From NCBI GenBank assembly GCA_963813715.1, contig CAWFAK010000012.1, forward strand, positions 399,193 to 463,192: DNA of 64,000 nt, written 5' to 3'. Of this stretch, positions 11,400-23,793 are shown piece by piece. Origin of the DNA: an uncultured Planctomycetaceae bacterium. GTDB lineage: Bacteria > Planctomycetota > Planctomycetia > Planctomycetales > Planctomycetaceae. Position 1 is the stretch's first letter. Every line of letters begins with the position of its first letter. Position numbers and translations under genes: made by a program. Below the pieces are notes generated by a model that saw nothing but the letters and a program-made list of their open reading frames with translations, was not told the origin of the DNA and made no database searches.

Positions 11400-11573
11400 A
11401 TGTTGTCGCTCGCATTGACCTTTCTGATCATCGCCCTGGTTGCCGGCTTGCTCGGTTTCACAGGCGTGTATGTGGCTGCGGCCGGGATCGCGAAGATTCT
11501 GTTCGTGGTCTTCCTCGTGCTGTTCGTCATCAGCTTGGCTGCTGGCGGGATGGCGCGACGGGACCTTCCGTAA
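11400..11573 (+). CDS. DUF1328 (UPF0391) small membrane protein, 57 aa, not in the ORF track
   Basis: Translates [67 protein letters not shown] upstream. Confidence 0.88.
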   Translation: MLSLALTFLIIALVAGLLGFTGVYVAAAGIAKILFVVFLVLFVISLAAGGMARRDLP

Positions 11574-11641
11574 AGACCGCGCAGGCTCGAGCCAGGGCTC
11601 CGGGTTTCTCGGCAGCCTAGGACCGACCGGCGCGTTGAAAG

Positions 11642-11674
11642 CCCTTGCCGTTGCAAAACGGCGAGGGTTTTTTT
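11642..11674 (+). terminator. Intrinsic terminator (possibly bidirectional)
   Basis: CCCTTGCCGTT-GCAA-AACGGCGAGGG followed by a T-run, between convergent genes. Confidence 0.75.
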
Positions 11675-11787
11675 GTTGGCGCGGCTTAGTCTAGTCGGAA
11701 GGGATTCGTCGAGGGGAGGAATGTGGGAGACGGACCGCCACCCCGGTGCTGGGCGGGAAGAAGCTGGATGCAAGCAGGATTCGGCAA

Positions 11788-12285
11788 TCAGTCCCCCAGC
11801 CCCGTGTCGCGATCGAACGCTTCTTCGATCCACGTGCGAATGGCCGTCTCTTGCCGGCGGACGTTCATCACAAATCGCAGCCCTTCTTCGAGCAGCTTTT
11901 GCTGCTGATCCATGGCCTGCTTTTCATCCGCGCCCGCGCGGGCCGCGTTGGCCTCCAGCTCTGCAAACTGGTGCTCCAGCGAACGGCACCACTCCCGGTT
12001 CTTGCAGTCCTCTTCGCGGAGCCCGGTGACTCTCGCTAGCAGTTCAGAATTCTCCTGCTCGATTTCCTCGAACTGCTCTGGATGTACGTGCTCGATGTGC
12101 TCGAGGATCTGGTGCGTCGTTTCCGCGAAGGTCTTCCGCAGCGTGGACGCCCACGTGCGCAATTCACCCGGCACGGGCGGCGTGTCGAGAGCCGTCTCCA
12201 GTCGCCGCAAAGGGTCGGTCAGCGGCTCCTTGAACTCTTTGAGCTTGTTCCCTTTGGTGTTCGGTTTGTCTGTCACGGCGATCAT
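11788..12285 (-). CDS. Hypothetical helical protein, possibly hemerythrin-like bundle
   Basis: 165-aa ORF with typical codon usage; EHIEHVH..IEQEN..V.GLRE pattern. Confidence 0.6.
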   Translation of the reverse strand: MIAVTDKPNTKGNKLKEFKEPLTDPLRRLETALDTPPVPGELRTWASTLRKTFAETTHQILEHIEHVHPEQFEEIEQENSELLARVTGLREEDCKNREWCRSLEHQFAELEANAARAGADEKQAMDQQQKLLEEGLRFVMNVRRQETAIRTWIEEAFDRDTGLGD

Positions 12286-12362
12286 GCCTTTCGAGTCGAG
12301 CCCGCGCGATGCACGCGGGCGGGAAATTTTCTGACCAGTGGTCTGTGCACAGCTTAAGATGG

Positions 12363-12378
12363 TGCAAGGGGCGCGCCC
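12363..12378 (-). promoter_or_regulatory. sigma54-like promoter for 11788-12285 gene
   Basis: Minus strand GGGCGC-GCCCC-TTGCA, ~80 bp before start. Confidence 0.5.
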
Positions 12379-12421
12379 GAACCGGCCGGAGCTCAGGTTT
12401 GGACACTCGGCGTCTGGGCAC

Positions 12422-14488
12422 TCAGCCTTTGGACTCTGTCTTGACCCAAGCTCTCAAAACTTCGGCCACGCTCCAGGCTTGCGCCACGCAGCCGCGCGGG
12501 AGAAACGGTGCTTTCGCGTCGCAGACTTCGCTGATCGAGCCGATACATGCCGCGTGCAGATGAGGCTCGAAGGCCGCGAGAAAGCCGCGGGCCGTTTTGA
12601 AATCGCCCGGATGGACGCGAAGCCACGCGTCGACGAAGGGACCGATCAGCCACGGCCAGACCGTTCCCTGGTGATAGGCGGCGTCACGAGCCCGCAGGTC
12701 GCCGTCGTACCGCGATTTGTAATCGGGTTCTTCCGGCCCCAGGCTGCGGAGGCCATACGGCGTCAACAGCTGCTTGTGCACCGTCTGCAGCACGGCCGGC
12801 CAGCGCGACGAATCGAGCACTGGGTAATCGAGCGAGATGGCAAACAGCTGATTGGGCCGCAGCGACGGATCGTCCCCCGATTCGCCGTCGACGATGTCGT
12901 ACAGAAATCCCCGCGACTCGTTCCAAAACCGCGCGTTGAACGAACGCAGCGTCGTTTCGGCACGCTTGGCCACGGTTTGGGCTGCTGCGAGATCGCCCGT
13001 CTCGCGGCACCAGTTTTCCAGGATTCGCAGCGCGTTGTACCAGAGGGCGTTGATCTCCACCGCCTTGCCCCGGCGAGGCGTGACCACCCAGTCGCCGACT
13101 TTGGCATCCATCCAGGTCAGCGGCAGGGTGGGATGTCCCTGCGACAACAGCCCGTCGGCCGGATCGACGTGAATGCCGAACCGCGTGCCGGCGACGTGAT
13201 GGGCCACGATGTCGTGAAACATCGGCAACAACAGCCGCAGCGTATGCTCGTCGCGAGTGGCCTCAAGGTAGCGCTGCACGGAGTGGAAATACCAAAGCGT
13301 GGCGTCGGCTGTGTGGTAGAGCCCCTCGCGCTGTCCTTCCGGAAACAGGTTCGGCACCAGCCCGTCCCGTACGTAGCGGGCGAACGTGCGGAGGATGTAC
13401 CCGGCTTCCGTTTGTCGACCGGTCGTCAGTGCCAGCCCCTCGAGGCTGATCATCGTGTCGCGGCCCCAATCGGTGAACCAGTGGTAGCCGGCGATCACGC
13501 TGCGGATTTCGTCGCCCGCGGCCTGGGCTTGCGCCGCATCGGCCATGCGGTTCGAGGGGCAGATGATGAACTGATCGGCGGCCAGCACCAACTCGCCGGC
13601 CGTGCCGCTCCGCGCTTCGGGCCGTGCGTGATTGAGTAACCGCGTGCGGCGTTCGAGTTCGGCCGTGCGGGCCGCGGCCGGCTCGGCCGCCAAGAGCGTG
13701 TCCCAGGGCTCGGTCGAGGCAATCAAACAGGCTTCGTCTCCCGCAGTCAAAACGGCGTGGAAAAATCCGGGACTCCACAGACTGCCCGCGAAGGCATAGC
13801 CCCGCGCCTTCTCCAGTCGATACGTCAAATGCCGCAAATGTCCGCCGTCCAACAATAAGCCGGCCTCCGGCGCGACGATCCGCAAACGCAGCGGCGGGGC
13901 GGTGTGCGAGGCGATCTCGAAGCGGTTGCCCACCGCGCTCACCACGTAGGGTCCCTTCATTTCCGAGTCGACCGCATCGTCGTGTCCGCGAAAATGCAGC
14001 GAGGGCCGCATCCGCAGCCGAGCCTGACCGGGTCCTTCCAACAAGCGATACGAGATGAAGGCCGTGTTCTGCAGATGGGGCATCAGGACCCGTTTTTCGA
14101 GGCGGTAGGCTCCCACCTGATATCGCCAGACGGGCAGCCCCGCTTCGAGCTGGAACTCGCCCAGCCAGGCCTCGTCCGCCTCCGATTCCTCGGGAAGCTC
14201 TTCGCGATCGAGCTCGCCCACGTGCCCATCGGGAAGCACGATCTCGACCGAGAGATGATTGAGCATCATCAGTCGTCCGAGAGGAACGGGCAGCGCGGCA
14301 ATCAACAGTCCGTGATATCGCCGCGTGCAGGCGCCGGAGATCGTGCCGGAGGCGTAGCCCCCCAATCCATTGGTCACCAGCCACTCGTCGCCGAGGGGCT
14401 GCGGCCGCGGTCCGGGAGACAGCGATAACTCGGTTGGCGAACGTTCGAGATTCAACGCTCGAGTCGATTGTTCGATTGCTTGCGCCAT
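12422..14488 (-). CDS. Amylo-alpha-1,6-glucosidase / glycogen debranching enzyme
   Basis: EWLVTNGLGGYASG, AGYHWFTDWGRDTMI, TWMDAK, AYHQGTVWPWL, QAWSVAE. Confidence 0.92.
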   Translation of the reverse strand: MAQAIEQSTRALNLERSPTELSLSPGPRPQPLGDEWLVTNGLGGYASGTISGACTRRYHGLLIAALPVPLGRLMMLNHLSVEIVLPDGHVGELDREELPEESEADEAWLGEFQLEAGLPVWRYQVGAYRLEKRVLMPHLQNTAFISYRLLEGPGQARLRMRPSLHFRGHDDAVDSEMKGPYVVSAVGNRFEIASHTAPPLRLRIVAPEAGLLLDGGHLRHLTYRLEKARGYAFAGSLWSPGFFHAVLTAGDEACLIASTEPWDTLLAAEPAAARTAELERRTRLLNHARPEARSGTAGELVLAADQFIICPSNRMADAAQAQAAGDEIRSVIAGYHWFTDWGRDTMISLEGLALTTGRQTEAGYILRTFARYVRDGLVPNLFPEGQREGLYHTADATLWYFHSVQRYLEATRDEHTLRLLLPMFHDIVAHHVAGTRFGIHVDPADGLLSQGHPTLPLTWMDAKVGDWVVTPRRGKAVEINALWYNALRILENWCRETGDLAAAQTVAKRAETTLRSFNARFWNESRGFLYDIVDGESGDDPSLRPNQLFAISLDYPVLDSSRWPAVLQTVHKQLLTPYGLRSLGPEEPDYKSRYDGDLRARDAAYHQGTVWPWLIGPFVDAWLRVHPGDFKTARGFLAAFEPHLHAACIGSISEVCDAKAPFLPRGCVAQAWSVAEVLRAWVKTESKG

Positions 14489-14535
14489 GGTCGTTTCCCA
14501 GCAAAGTAAGCTTCCCGGCAAAACTTCGCGCAACG

Positions 14536-16542
14536 TTAGGCCGGGAGTTCGTGACTCGTCAGTTCCTGTTTGGTTCGGTCGGTCCCGGCGGCGAGGACGA
14601 CGGCCGACTCGGCCGCAATCTGCCAACCGTGGTCGGTTTCGACGGTCGGAGTGCCGCGTCCGCCGTAGCGCACGCTTTCACTGCTCCAGATCAGATCCCA
14701 GGCCCGGCCGGCAGGCGGAGCCAATAAAGGCTGCGGACAGGGCCAGTAATGGAGCTGGCGTCCGAAATTCACGATCACCAGCCGATCCGAGTTGGCCGCG
14801 CCCCGCTCATCGAAGTAACGGACGGCCAGGCAGTCGGCCCCGAGAGCGGCCGCCTCCATCAGGTCGGCGCGCTGTCGGGCGAAGATCGGATCATCCCGAC
14901 GCAGCTTCAGCAGGTCGCGGTGCAGCGCGAGCCATGCGGAATGCTTTTCGCGTTCGCTCCAATCGAGTTGGCTGCGCTCGAAAGTATCGATGCTGGCCGG
15001 ATCAGGAAGCGAGTGCCGCGCCTCCTCGGTGTCGAGCGACGGAAACTGCGAGAGAAACTTGGCGCGGCCCATCGCCACCGCCTGCGCGTCCTCATGGGAG
15101 AAGTCGGCGAAATACAGAAACGGCGTGGACGCGCAAAACTCCTGGCCTTGAAAGATCATGGGCGTCTGTGGCGACAGCAGCCACAGAGCCGTCATCGCCC
15201 GCAGCCGGGCGGGGCTGGTTAATTCGTGAATTCGCCGGCCCGGTCCGGTGTTGGCGATCTGGTCGTGATTCTGCAGGAAGTGGATGAAGGACGTCGCCGG
15301 CAAGCCGCGGGTCGGCGTGCCCCGCCGCTTGTTTTGGTGGCGCGACATCTGCCCCTGGAACAGGTAGCCGCCGAGCAGAGCCGAACGCAATTCGTCGACG
15401 CTCCCCGCGTAGTCCTCGTAGTAGGCTTCGGTGAGGCCCGTGAGCCGCACGCGGGCCGTGTGATGAAAATCGTCGTTGCACGATGCGTCCAGGCCGTGTC
15501 CCCCCTCTTCGACCGGCTGCAAGAGGCGGACGTCTTGCGGCTCATTCTCCGCGAGCAAAATCAGGCTTCGTTCGCCGGCGGCCCGGCGGGCCTCCTGCTG
15601 CATCTGGCTAAGGATGTGAACACTGGAGGCGTCGAAGATCGATTGCGTCGCATCGAAGCGAAATCCATCAAGGTGGAACTCTTCGATCCAGCAGCGGACG
15701 TTGGCGAGGAAGAACTCGCGGACGGGGCCCGACCGCTCGCCATCAAAATTGATGGGGGAGCCCCAATCGTTCGCGTACCGATGCGAGTTGTAGTCGTCGG
15801 AAAATTCACTCACCGTGCAATCGACGGTGCCGAAGTGGTTGTAGACCACGTCCAGAACCACACCCAATCCAAGGGCGTGCGCCCGGTCGACGAACCGGCG
15901 GAAGTCGTCCGGCTGTCCATAATGACGGGTGGGGGCAAACAGGCAGACGCCGTCGTAGCTCCAGCCGAAATTGCCGGGAAAGTCGGCAATCGGCATCAGT
16001 TCGACGACCGTGATTCCCAGATCGACCAGGTCGGGCAATCGCTTTTGCGCCGCCTGCCAGTTCCCCTCGGGCGTGAACGTTCCCAGGTGCATCTCGTAGA
16101 TCACCTGGCCTTCGATTGTCAGCCCTTTCCACGCCTCGTCGGTCCAGCGGAACTCGTCCGCGTCGATGATCTGCGAAGGTCCGGTCGGCCCGAGCGGCTG
16201 AAAACGCGAGGCCGGATCGGGAAGCACACGCGGACCGCCGTCCAGGCAGAATCCGTAGTACATCCCGGCGGTGGCCTCGGGCACCAGCGCGGAAAAATAT
16301 CCGGTTTCTTCGTCCTCGCGCGACAGCGCTTGGCGAAGTTGAGGTTCCCCGTCCTGCCAATCAGACTGCGGCAACTCGCGCCAGAGCAGCAGCTCAACGG
16401 AGTGCCGTTTGGGGGCCCAGACTCGAAAGCTGACCCCCCTGCCGCGGACGATCTCCGGGCCAATGGGCCATGTGCGGTTGAGCGGGCGTGCCGGGAAGTC
16501 GGCGGCAGCCTTGCCTGGCAATTCCAATTGGGGACGATTCAA
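14536..16542 (-). CDS. treZ: Malto-oligosyltrehalose trehalohydrolase (GH13)
   Basis: FRVWAP, PDPASRFQP, DVVYNH, GFRFDAT, LQNHDQIAN, FQGQE; start uncertain. Confidence 0.88.
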   Translation of the reverse strand: MNRPQLELPGKAAADFPARPLNRTWPIGPEIVRGRGVSFRVWAPKRHSVELLLWRELPQSDWQDGEPQLRQALSREDEETGYFSALVPEATAGMYYGFCLDGGPRVLPDPASRFQPLGPTGPSQIIDADEFRWTDEAWKGLTIEGQVIYEMHLGTFTPEGNWQAAQKRLPDLVDLGITVVELMPIADFPGNFGWSYDGVCLFAPTRHYGQPDDFRRFVDRAHALGLGVVLDVVYNHFGTVDCTVSEFSDDYNSHRYANDWGSPINFDGERSGPVREFFLANVRCWIEEFHLDGFRFDATQSIFDASSVHILSQMQQEARRAAGERSLILLAENEPQDVRLLQPVEEGGHGLDASCNDDFHHTARVRLTGLTEAYYEDYAGSVDELRSALLGGYLFQGQMSRHQNKRRGTPTRGLPATSFIHFLQNHDQIANTGPGRRIHELTSPARLRAMTALWLLSPQTPMIFQGQEFCASTPFLYFADFSHEDAQAVAMGRAKFLSQFPSLDTEEARHSLPDPASIDTFERSQLDWSEREKHSAWLALHRDLLKLRRDDPIFARQRADLMEAAALGADCLAVRYFDERGAANSDRLVIVNFGRQLHYWPCPQPLLAPPAGRAWDLIWSSESVRYGGRGTPTVETDHGWQIAAESAVVLAAGTDRTKQELTSHELPA

Positions 16543-16623
16543 AACGACGCCACTTTCGGACAGGGACTCGTGAGACGGTCGAGCGCGCGTCGTCTCGGTC
16601 CAAATTTCGGGCCAGCACGAAAA

Positions 16624-16639
16624 TGCACGAATCGTGCCA
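16624..16639 (-). promoter_or_regulatory. sigma54 promoter for treZ operon
   Basis: Minus strand TGGCAC-GATTC-GTGCA. Confidence 0.65.
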
Positions 16640-16759
16640 AGGAACCCGGCCCGAGAAATCGCGAGCAGTCGCGCAGGCAGTCGGCGCGGCCTGTTCGTTT
16701 TGTCTTTTTTGCAGGTTCGATCGCAACCATGATGAACCGGCGCGGCTCATCTGGTCGCG

Positions 16760-16775
16760 CGGAATGCCGTTTGCT
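16760..16775 (+). promoter_or_regulatory. sigma54-like promoter for glgX
   Basis: CGGAAT-GCCGT-TTGCT with correct spacing, ~85 bp before ATG. Confidence 0.5.
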
Positions 16776-16858
16776 CCGGCTGCGGGCAACGAATATAAGG
16801 AACAGCGTCGTTTCTTTGCCGACATCGACCAACCCTCTGAGCGACTGCGAGCCGTGTG

Positions 16859-19127
16859 ATGCGTGTCTGGCCTGGACGACCCTATCCCCTGGGAGCGACC
16901 TGGAACGGTTCCGGCGTCAACTTCGCGATCTTCAGCGAGCACGCCACGAAGATCGAGCTCTGCCTGTTCAATGACGCCGACGACAAAAAAGAATCGCAGC
17001 GGATCGAGCTCAAGGAGCAGACCGATCTGGTCTGGCACTGCTACCTGCCCGAGATCGTGCCGGGGCAAATCTACGGCTACCGCGTCTACGGACCGTACGA
17101 GCCGGACAAAGGGCATCGATTCAACCCGAACAAGATCCTGCTCGACCCTTACGCGAAGGCCATCGCCCGCGACACGAAGTGGGCCGACGAGCTATTCGGG
17201 TACAAGCTGGACGATCCCAACGCCGACCTCTCGTTCGACGAACGTGATAGTGCCGAATTCGCCCCGCTGGCCTGCGTGGTCGATACGGCCTTCGTGTGGG
17301 GCGATGACAAGCCGCCCCAGGTTCCCGCGCACAAATCGCTGATTTACGAATTGCACGTCAAAGGGTTCACCAAGCTGCACCCCGAGGTCCCGGAAGAGCT
17401 GCGCGGCACCTACGCGGGGCTCGGCACCGAGCCCGTGCTCGACCATCTCAAGAGCCTGGGCGTGACCGCCGTCGAGCTCTTGCCCGTGCACCACCACGTC
17501 GACGAGCGGCACCTGCTGGAAAAAAAGCTCTCGAACTATTGGGGCTACAACTCGCTCGCGTTTTTCGCGCCCGACTCGCGCTACGTCGCGACGCACTTCG
17601 AGCAGCAGCCCGTGCAGCAATTCAAAATGATGGTCCGCTCGCTGCACTCGGCCGGCATCGAAGTCATTCTCGACGTCGTCTACAACCACACGGCCGAAGG
17701 CAACCAGCTCGGGCCGACCCTCTCGATGCGGGGGATCGACAACGCCTCGTACTATCACGTCTCTCCCGAGAACCCGCGGTACTACATGGATTTCACCGGC
17801 TGCGGCAACACGATGAGCATGCGCCATCCCGCGTGTGTTGCAGCTGATCATGGACAGCCTGCGGTACTGGGTGCTCGACATGCACGTCGACGGGTTCCGC
17901 TTCGATTTGGCGAGCACCCTCGCCCGCGAGCTGCACGAGGTCAACAAGCTGGCGGCCTTCTTCGAAATCATCCACCAGGACCCGGTCCTCTCGCAGGTGA
18001 AGCTGATCGCCGAGCCGTGGGACGTCGGCGCCGGGGGCTATCAAGTCGGCAACTTCCCCGTGCTGTGGAGCGAATGGAACGGCAAATTCCGCGACGACAT
18101 GCGCAAATTCTGGAAGGGGGACGGCGGCCTGTTGTGCGATTTCGCCACCCGCCTCTCCGGCAGCAGCGACCTCTACGAAACGGGCGGCCGCCGGCCGTCG
18201 GCCAGCATCAACTTCATCACCTGTCACGACGGGTTCACCCTGCACGATCTCGTCAGCTACAACGACAAACACAACGAAGCCAACGGCGAGGAGAACCGCG
18301 ACGGCAGCAGCAACAACATGAGCTGGAACTGCGGTGCCGAAGGGCCGACCGACGATCCCAAGATCAACGCCCTGCGCTTGCAGCAAAAACGCAACCTGAT
18401 GACGACGCTCGTGCTCTCCCTGGGCGTGCCGATGATCTGCGCCGGCGACGAGCTGGGCCACACGCAGAACGGCAACAACAACGCCTATTGCCATGACGAC
18501 GAGCTGAGCTGGCTCAAGTGGGAGCTCAACGACGAACAGCGCGAATTCCTCGACTTCGTGCGGACCGTTACCCGCATCATGCAGGAGCAGCCGGTCTTTC
18601 AGCGGCGGAATTTCTTCCTCGGCCGCAGCATTCGCGAAGAGGTCAAAGACATCTCCTGGTTCGACCCGAAGGGCGAGGAGATGAGCGACGAGTCCTGGAA
18701 AGCCGGGTTCGCTCGCTGTCTGGGCGTGCGGCTCGACGGCGAAATCATCGGCGAAGTCGACGAGCACGGCAAACTAATCGTCGGCGACACGCTCTTCCTG
18801 TTGCTCAACGCCCACTACGAGGCGATCCCGTTTGCTCTTCCCTCTACCAAGGGGAACCTGAAGTGGCAGGTGCTGATCGACACGGCCGCATCGCCGGCGA
18901 CGGGCGGTGGCGAAGTCGAAACGGAAAAATACGACCTCAAAGGCCGCTCGATGGCCGTGTTGGTCGTGCCTCGAGTTCCCGCCGAAGAGGCGACTAACGG
19001 GAATGGAAAAAGCGTTGTGGCCGCCAAGGCCCCGGGACTTCCCGGAACATCCGACAACAGCGGCGTCGCGGCCGGCACGGCTGCGCGCGATTTGAAGACG
19101 CAAAGAGAAGAGAAAGCTAGGGCATAA
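16859..19127 (+). CDS. glgX: Glycogen debranching enzyme GlgX/TreX (frameshift near 17835)
   Basis: [26 protein letters not shown]; then [29 protein letters not shown] in the next frame. Confidence 0.93.
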
Positions 19128-19177
19128 GCGCGCCCGATCTCGCGCTTCAACCCGGCTGCTCGATCCCCGGTCTCGGG

Positions 19178-19811
19178 TCAACGTGCCGCCCTGATAAACC
19201 TCAGCCACACGATCGCGACGAGGGCTGCCACAGCCAAAGCTGCTCGCACGACCCCGATCTTGGTTTGCGGCAGAATCGTGATGAGCCGCGGTCGCTGTCT
19301 GCGATCCCAGATCCGAAAGATCAAAACCCCTCCGCCCACGAACCCGAACAGATAACTCGCGCAATGCGCAGAACCAAACTGCCATGAAGCGATTCTGCTG
19401 AGAACGGGGAAGCAGTTCGACCCAAGCGTCCGGACGTAACTCCGTCAGCACAAGAATGGAGCGCTCAGAGAGCGCGAAGCCGACGCAGCCAGCCACTATC
19501 GCCGCGGCTGCGGTCGCCCCGAGAACAACAAGCAACGGTCGGTAAAGGCTCGAAATGGGCATCCCAGGGAGACCAGGCGACTGAGACGCCTGCGCGAGGA
19601 GAAACCCAAGAACCAATCCGACGCCAAGCGTAGCAGCAACTCCCCAACACAAAGCCAGCAATGTCGGAGACGAGACTGGGAAGAGGGGTGGGTGTGCGAG
19701 CATGAAGTATTCAATGCACAACCGAGCCGTAATTTGATCGTGGACGACGCCATAGAACATCGCCGCTCCGAGAGTGAGCAGGACGATCTTTGTCTTCTGC
19801 ATCGAATGCAT
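19178..19811 (-). CDS. Hypothetical membrane protein (frameshift near 19370)
   Basis: YGVVHDQITARLCIEYF..HPP; a shifted frame continues AHCASYLFGFVGG..LRFIRAAR-stop. Confidence 0.6.
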
Positions 19812-19890
19812 CCGCCACCCTGCCGAAACTTCCTGGGGGCGAACCGAAGCGGTTCGACCCCAGACACCCCGTTCGCGGACTGCGCGAGTC

Positions 19891-21315
<1,425 letters not shown>

Positions 21316-21371
21316 ATCGTCTACCGCTGCCTTCCGTCAAAAACGGTGCGGGATGTTGCGCGAACGTGGAT

Positions 21372-21878
21372 TCAATGTGTGGCGGGAGAACTCGGCGAGG
21401 CGGGGCTCGAGGGGACGCCGATTGACGCCCCGTCGCCCCCGGATGGGCGGGTCTGGCGAAACATCTTCAGCATTCGGTCGGTGATCAGGAAGCCGCTAAC
21501 GATGTTCGTCATCGAGGCAAACAGCGCAATCGCGCCGAGCATGCGAATCGCCGGTGGATAATCTTTGTGCCCCGTCACCATGATGGAGCCGACGATGGCG
21601 ATCGCCGAGATGGCATTGGTCAGCGACATCAGCGGCGTGTGCAACAGTCGAGACACGCGACCGATCACGCCCATGCCGATGAAGGTGGAAAGCGTAAACA
21701 CAAACAACATCGACCAGTAATCGATCGACTCGGGTTTCTCTTCGTCCGGATCGGCATCGGAAGCCGCGGCCGACGGCGCGGCGTCAAAGGCGATGACGGA
21801 AACGGGCCACGCGCACCGGCTCGGAGGGCCGCCGGGGAACGTTGCGCTGGCCAAGAGAGTCAACAATCCGAACAGCAT
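21372..21878 (-). CDS. pntA: NAD(P) transhydrogenase alpha subunit, membrane part only (PntAB-type)
   Basis: LHTPLMSLTNAIS and NIVSGFLITDRMLKMF; N-terminal signal-like extension. Confidence 0.85.
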   Translation of the reverse strand: MLFGLLTLLASATFPGGPPSRCAWPVSVIAFDAAPSAAASDADPDEEKPESIDYWSMLFVFTLSTFIGMGVIGRVSRLLHTPLMSLTNAISAIAIVGSIMVTGHKDYPPAIRMLGAIALFASMTNIVSGFLITDRMLKMFRQTRPSGGDGASIGVPSSPASPSSPATH

Positions 21879-22044
21879 GGACTGGGTTCTTTCAAATCGG
21901 CATCAAGCGGACGATCAGGCGGCCGCGGCCCGCCGGAGTGAATTGTGTGAACTGCAGCCGTTCGCTTCAATCAAGGAGCAAGAACTTCATCGTCCGGCCG
22001 TCGCGCTTCGCCGAAAGAGCCCGACGGCCTCGCGGAGAGCCTCA

Positions 22045-22668
22045 ATGAGCGCCGAGCCCCCGTTCGTTTATCGCCTGCGCGTGCGGTTCGCCGAGTGCGA
22101 CCCGCAAAAGGTGGCTTTTAACGGCGTCTACGGCCTCTACATCGACCTGGCCGTCTTCGAGTTTATGCGGGCCATGGGTTTTGGCGAGTCCCTGGTCAAA
22201 GGCCCGCTCGACTACCAGGTGGTCAAGCAGTCGGTCGAGTGGACGGGGCCCGCGAGGTTCGACCAGATCGTCGAAATCTCGATCTGGGCCAAGCACCTGG
22301 GTAACACGTCCTTCACGATCGCCACGCAATTCCGCATCGCCGGCGACCACAAGGTCTCGGCAACGGGCGAGACAATCTACGTCCTGGTCGACGCCAAGAC
22401 GCTCACCAAGACACCGCTGCCAGCCGAATTCCGCGCCGCCCTCGCGCGGCGTGCGGTCGCACGCCGACTGCACGCCGCGTCCGCAGCCCACGCTCGGACG
22501 CTGACCGATGCGGTCCGGAGTCCTCATGTTCCCGACTGCCCTTGCGGCGGACGACTCCCCCTTCTGGCTCCCCTTCCCCTTGCGGGGTCTTTGCAAAAAC
22601 ACTGTCCTGCACAACAACTCGGACGGCTGCACAAAAAGTCCGGTAGCGGGTGCGAGTTGAGCCGCTAG
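22045..22668 (+). CDS. Acyl-CoA thioesterase (YbgC/4HBT hot-dog family); C-terminal tail may be frameshift read-through
   Basis: RVRFAECDPQKVAFNG, PARFDQ, LGNTSF, YVLVD. Confidence 0.8.
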   Translation: MSAEPPFVYRLRVRFAECDPQKVAFNGVYGLYIDLAVFEFMRAMGFGESLVKGPLDYQVVKQSVEWTGPARFDQIVEISIWAKHLGNTSFTIATQFRIAGDHKVSATGETIYVLVDAKTLTKTPLPAEFRAALARRAVARRLHAASAAHARTLTDAVRSPHVPDCPCGGRLPLLAPLPLAGSLQKHCPAQQLGRLHKKSGSGCELSR

Positions 22669-23105
22669 GCAGCAGTCAATTGCGGCTAGTCTAAAGAGAA
22701 CGCTACGATTCGCGACTTTTGTGAAAATCGCCGAATCCTGGTGGAAAATCACGATCAGGGGCGAGTCGCGTGCTGACACACTCTTTGACCGCCTGGCAGT
22801 GAAGCCACTCGATTTGGGGAACCCAGATCGTCTCGATTTGTTCGCGAGTCATTTCAGTATGAATGCGGGCGTTCTTTGACGGAGCGCCCTAACGATTCCA
22901 AACCAGTACACGCCGCTCGATACTAGAGCACCCAGCGTCGCCAGAATGGCGCTTCGCCGTCGCAGTGGCCACGTCCAAGTCCGGTCCGGCTTATCGGTCA
23001 TCGGCACGCTTCGCTCATGCCGTGATTGTACCGGGAGCGGCCGACGTGGCCAAAACTCGGAACCGCGAGGGGAGAGGGGTACAAGATCTTCGCGCGGGAC
23101 TCACG

Positions 23106-23793
23106 TCACTTCGCCGTCAGCTCGAGCAGCTTGACGTTCTTGAACCAGACCTTGTGGCCGTGGTCCTGGAAACCGAGGTAGCCCTTCCGCGGAAAGTCCT
23201 TGATCGCTCGCGAAAACTTGTTGCGGTGGCCGTTTGGGCCTTGATGCGGCACCGTCCACTCGTCGCAGTTGAGCTGAGCCACGTGCTGCCCGTTGACTTC
23301 GACGTCGATGAGCGGCCCTTTGCAGGTGACTTGGATTGAGTTCCACTCGGGCGAGAGCGGCTTGTCGAACTTCTTGGGAGGCACGACGTCGTAGATCGCG
23401 CCGAAGTCGTGGTAGCCGGTGCCGACTTCGTTGGCCACTTGCACCTCGAAACCGGTTTGCACGGGATCGTGCGAACTTGCCGACGCGGAAGAAGACTCCC
23501 GAATTGCAAACGGGCTCCATCTTGACGTCGCACTTCAGCACGAAGTCGCCGAATTCCTTTTCGTAGACGATCAGGTATCCGCCCGTATGCTGGGTCGTCA
23601 GCGCGCCGTCTTCGATCGGCGACCCGACCGGTTTACCGGTGTTCGTCCGCCAGCCCGTGTGATCGTGCCCGTTAAACAACAACTGCCAGCCGGCCGCTTT
23701 CTCCGTGGGGCTCAATTCGTTGTCGGCGGCGAGGATCGATCCGCTCGTCACGACGCTCAGGACGATTGACGTCCACAAAACCGCTTTTCCCAT
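23106..23793 (-). CDS. DUF1080 (3-keto-disaccharide hydrolase-like) secreted protein (frameshift near 23470)
   Basis: GWQLLFNG, NSGVFFR, EWNS, GYLGFQDHG..VWFKNVKL. Confidence 0.85.
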
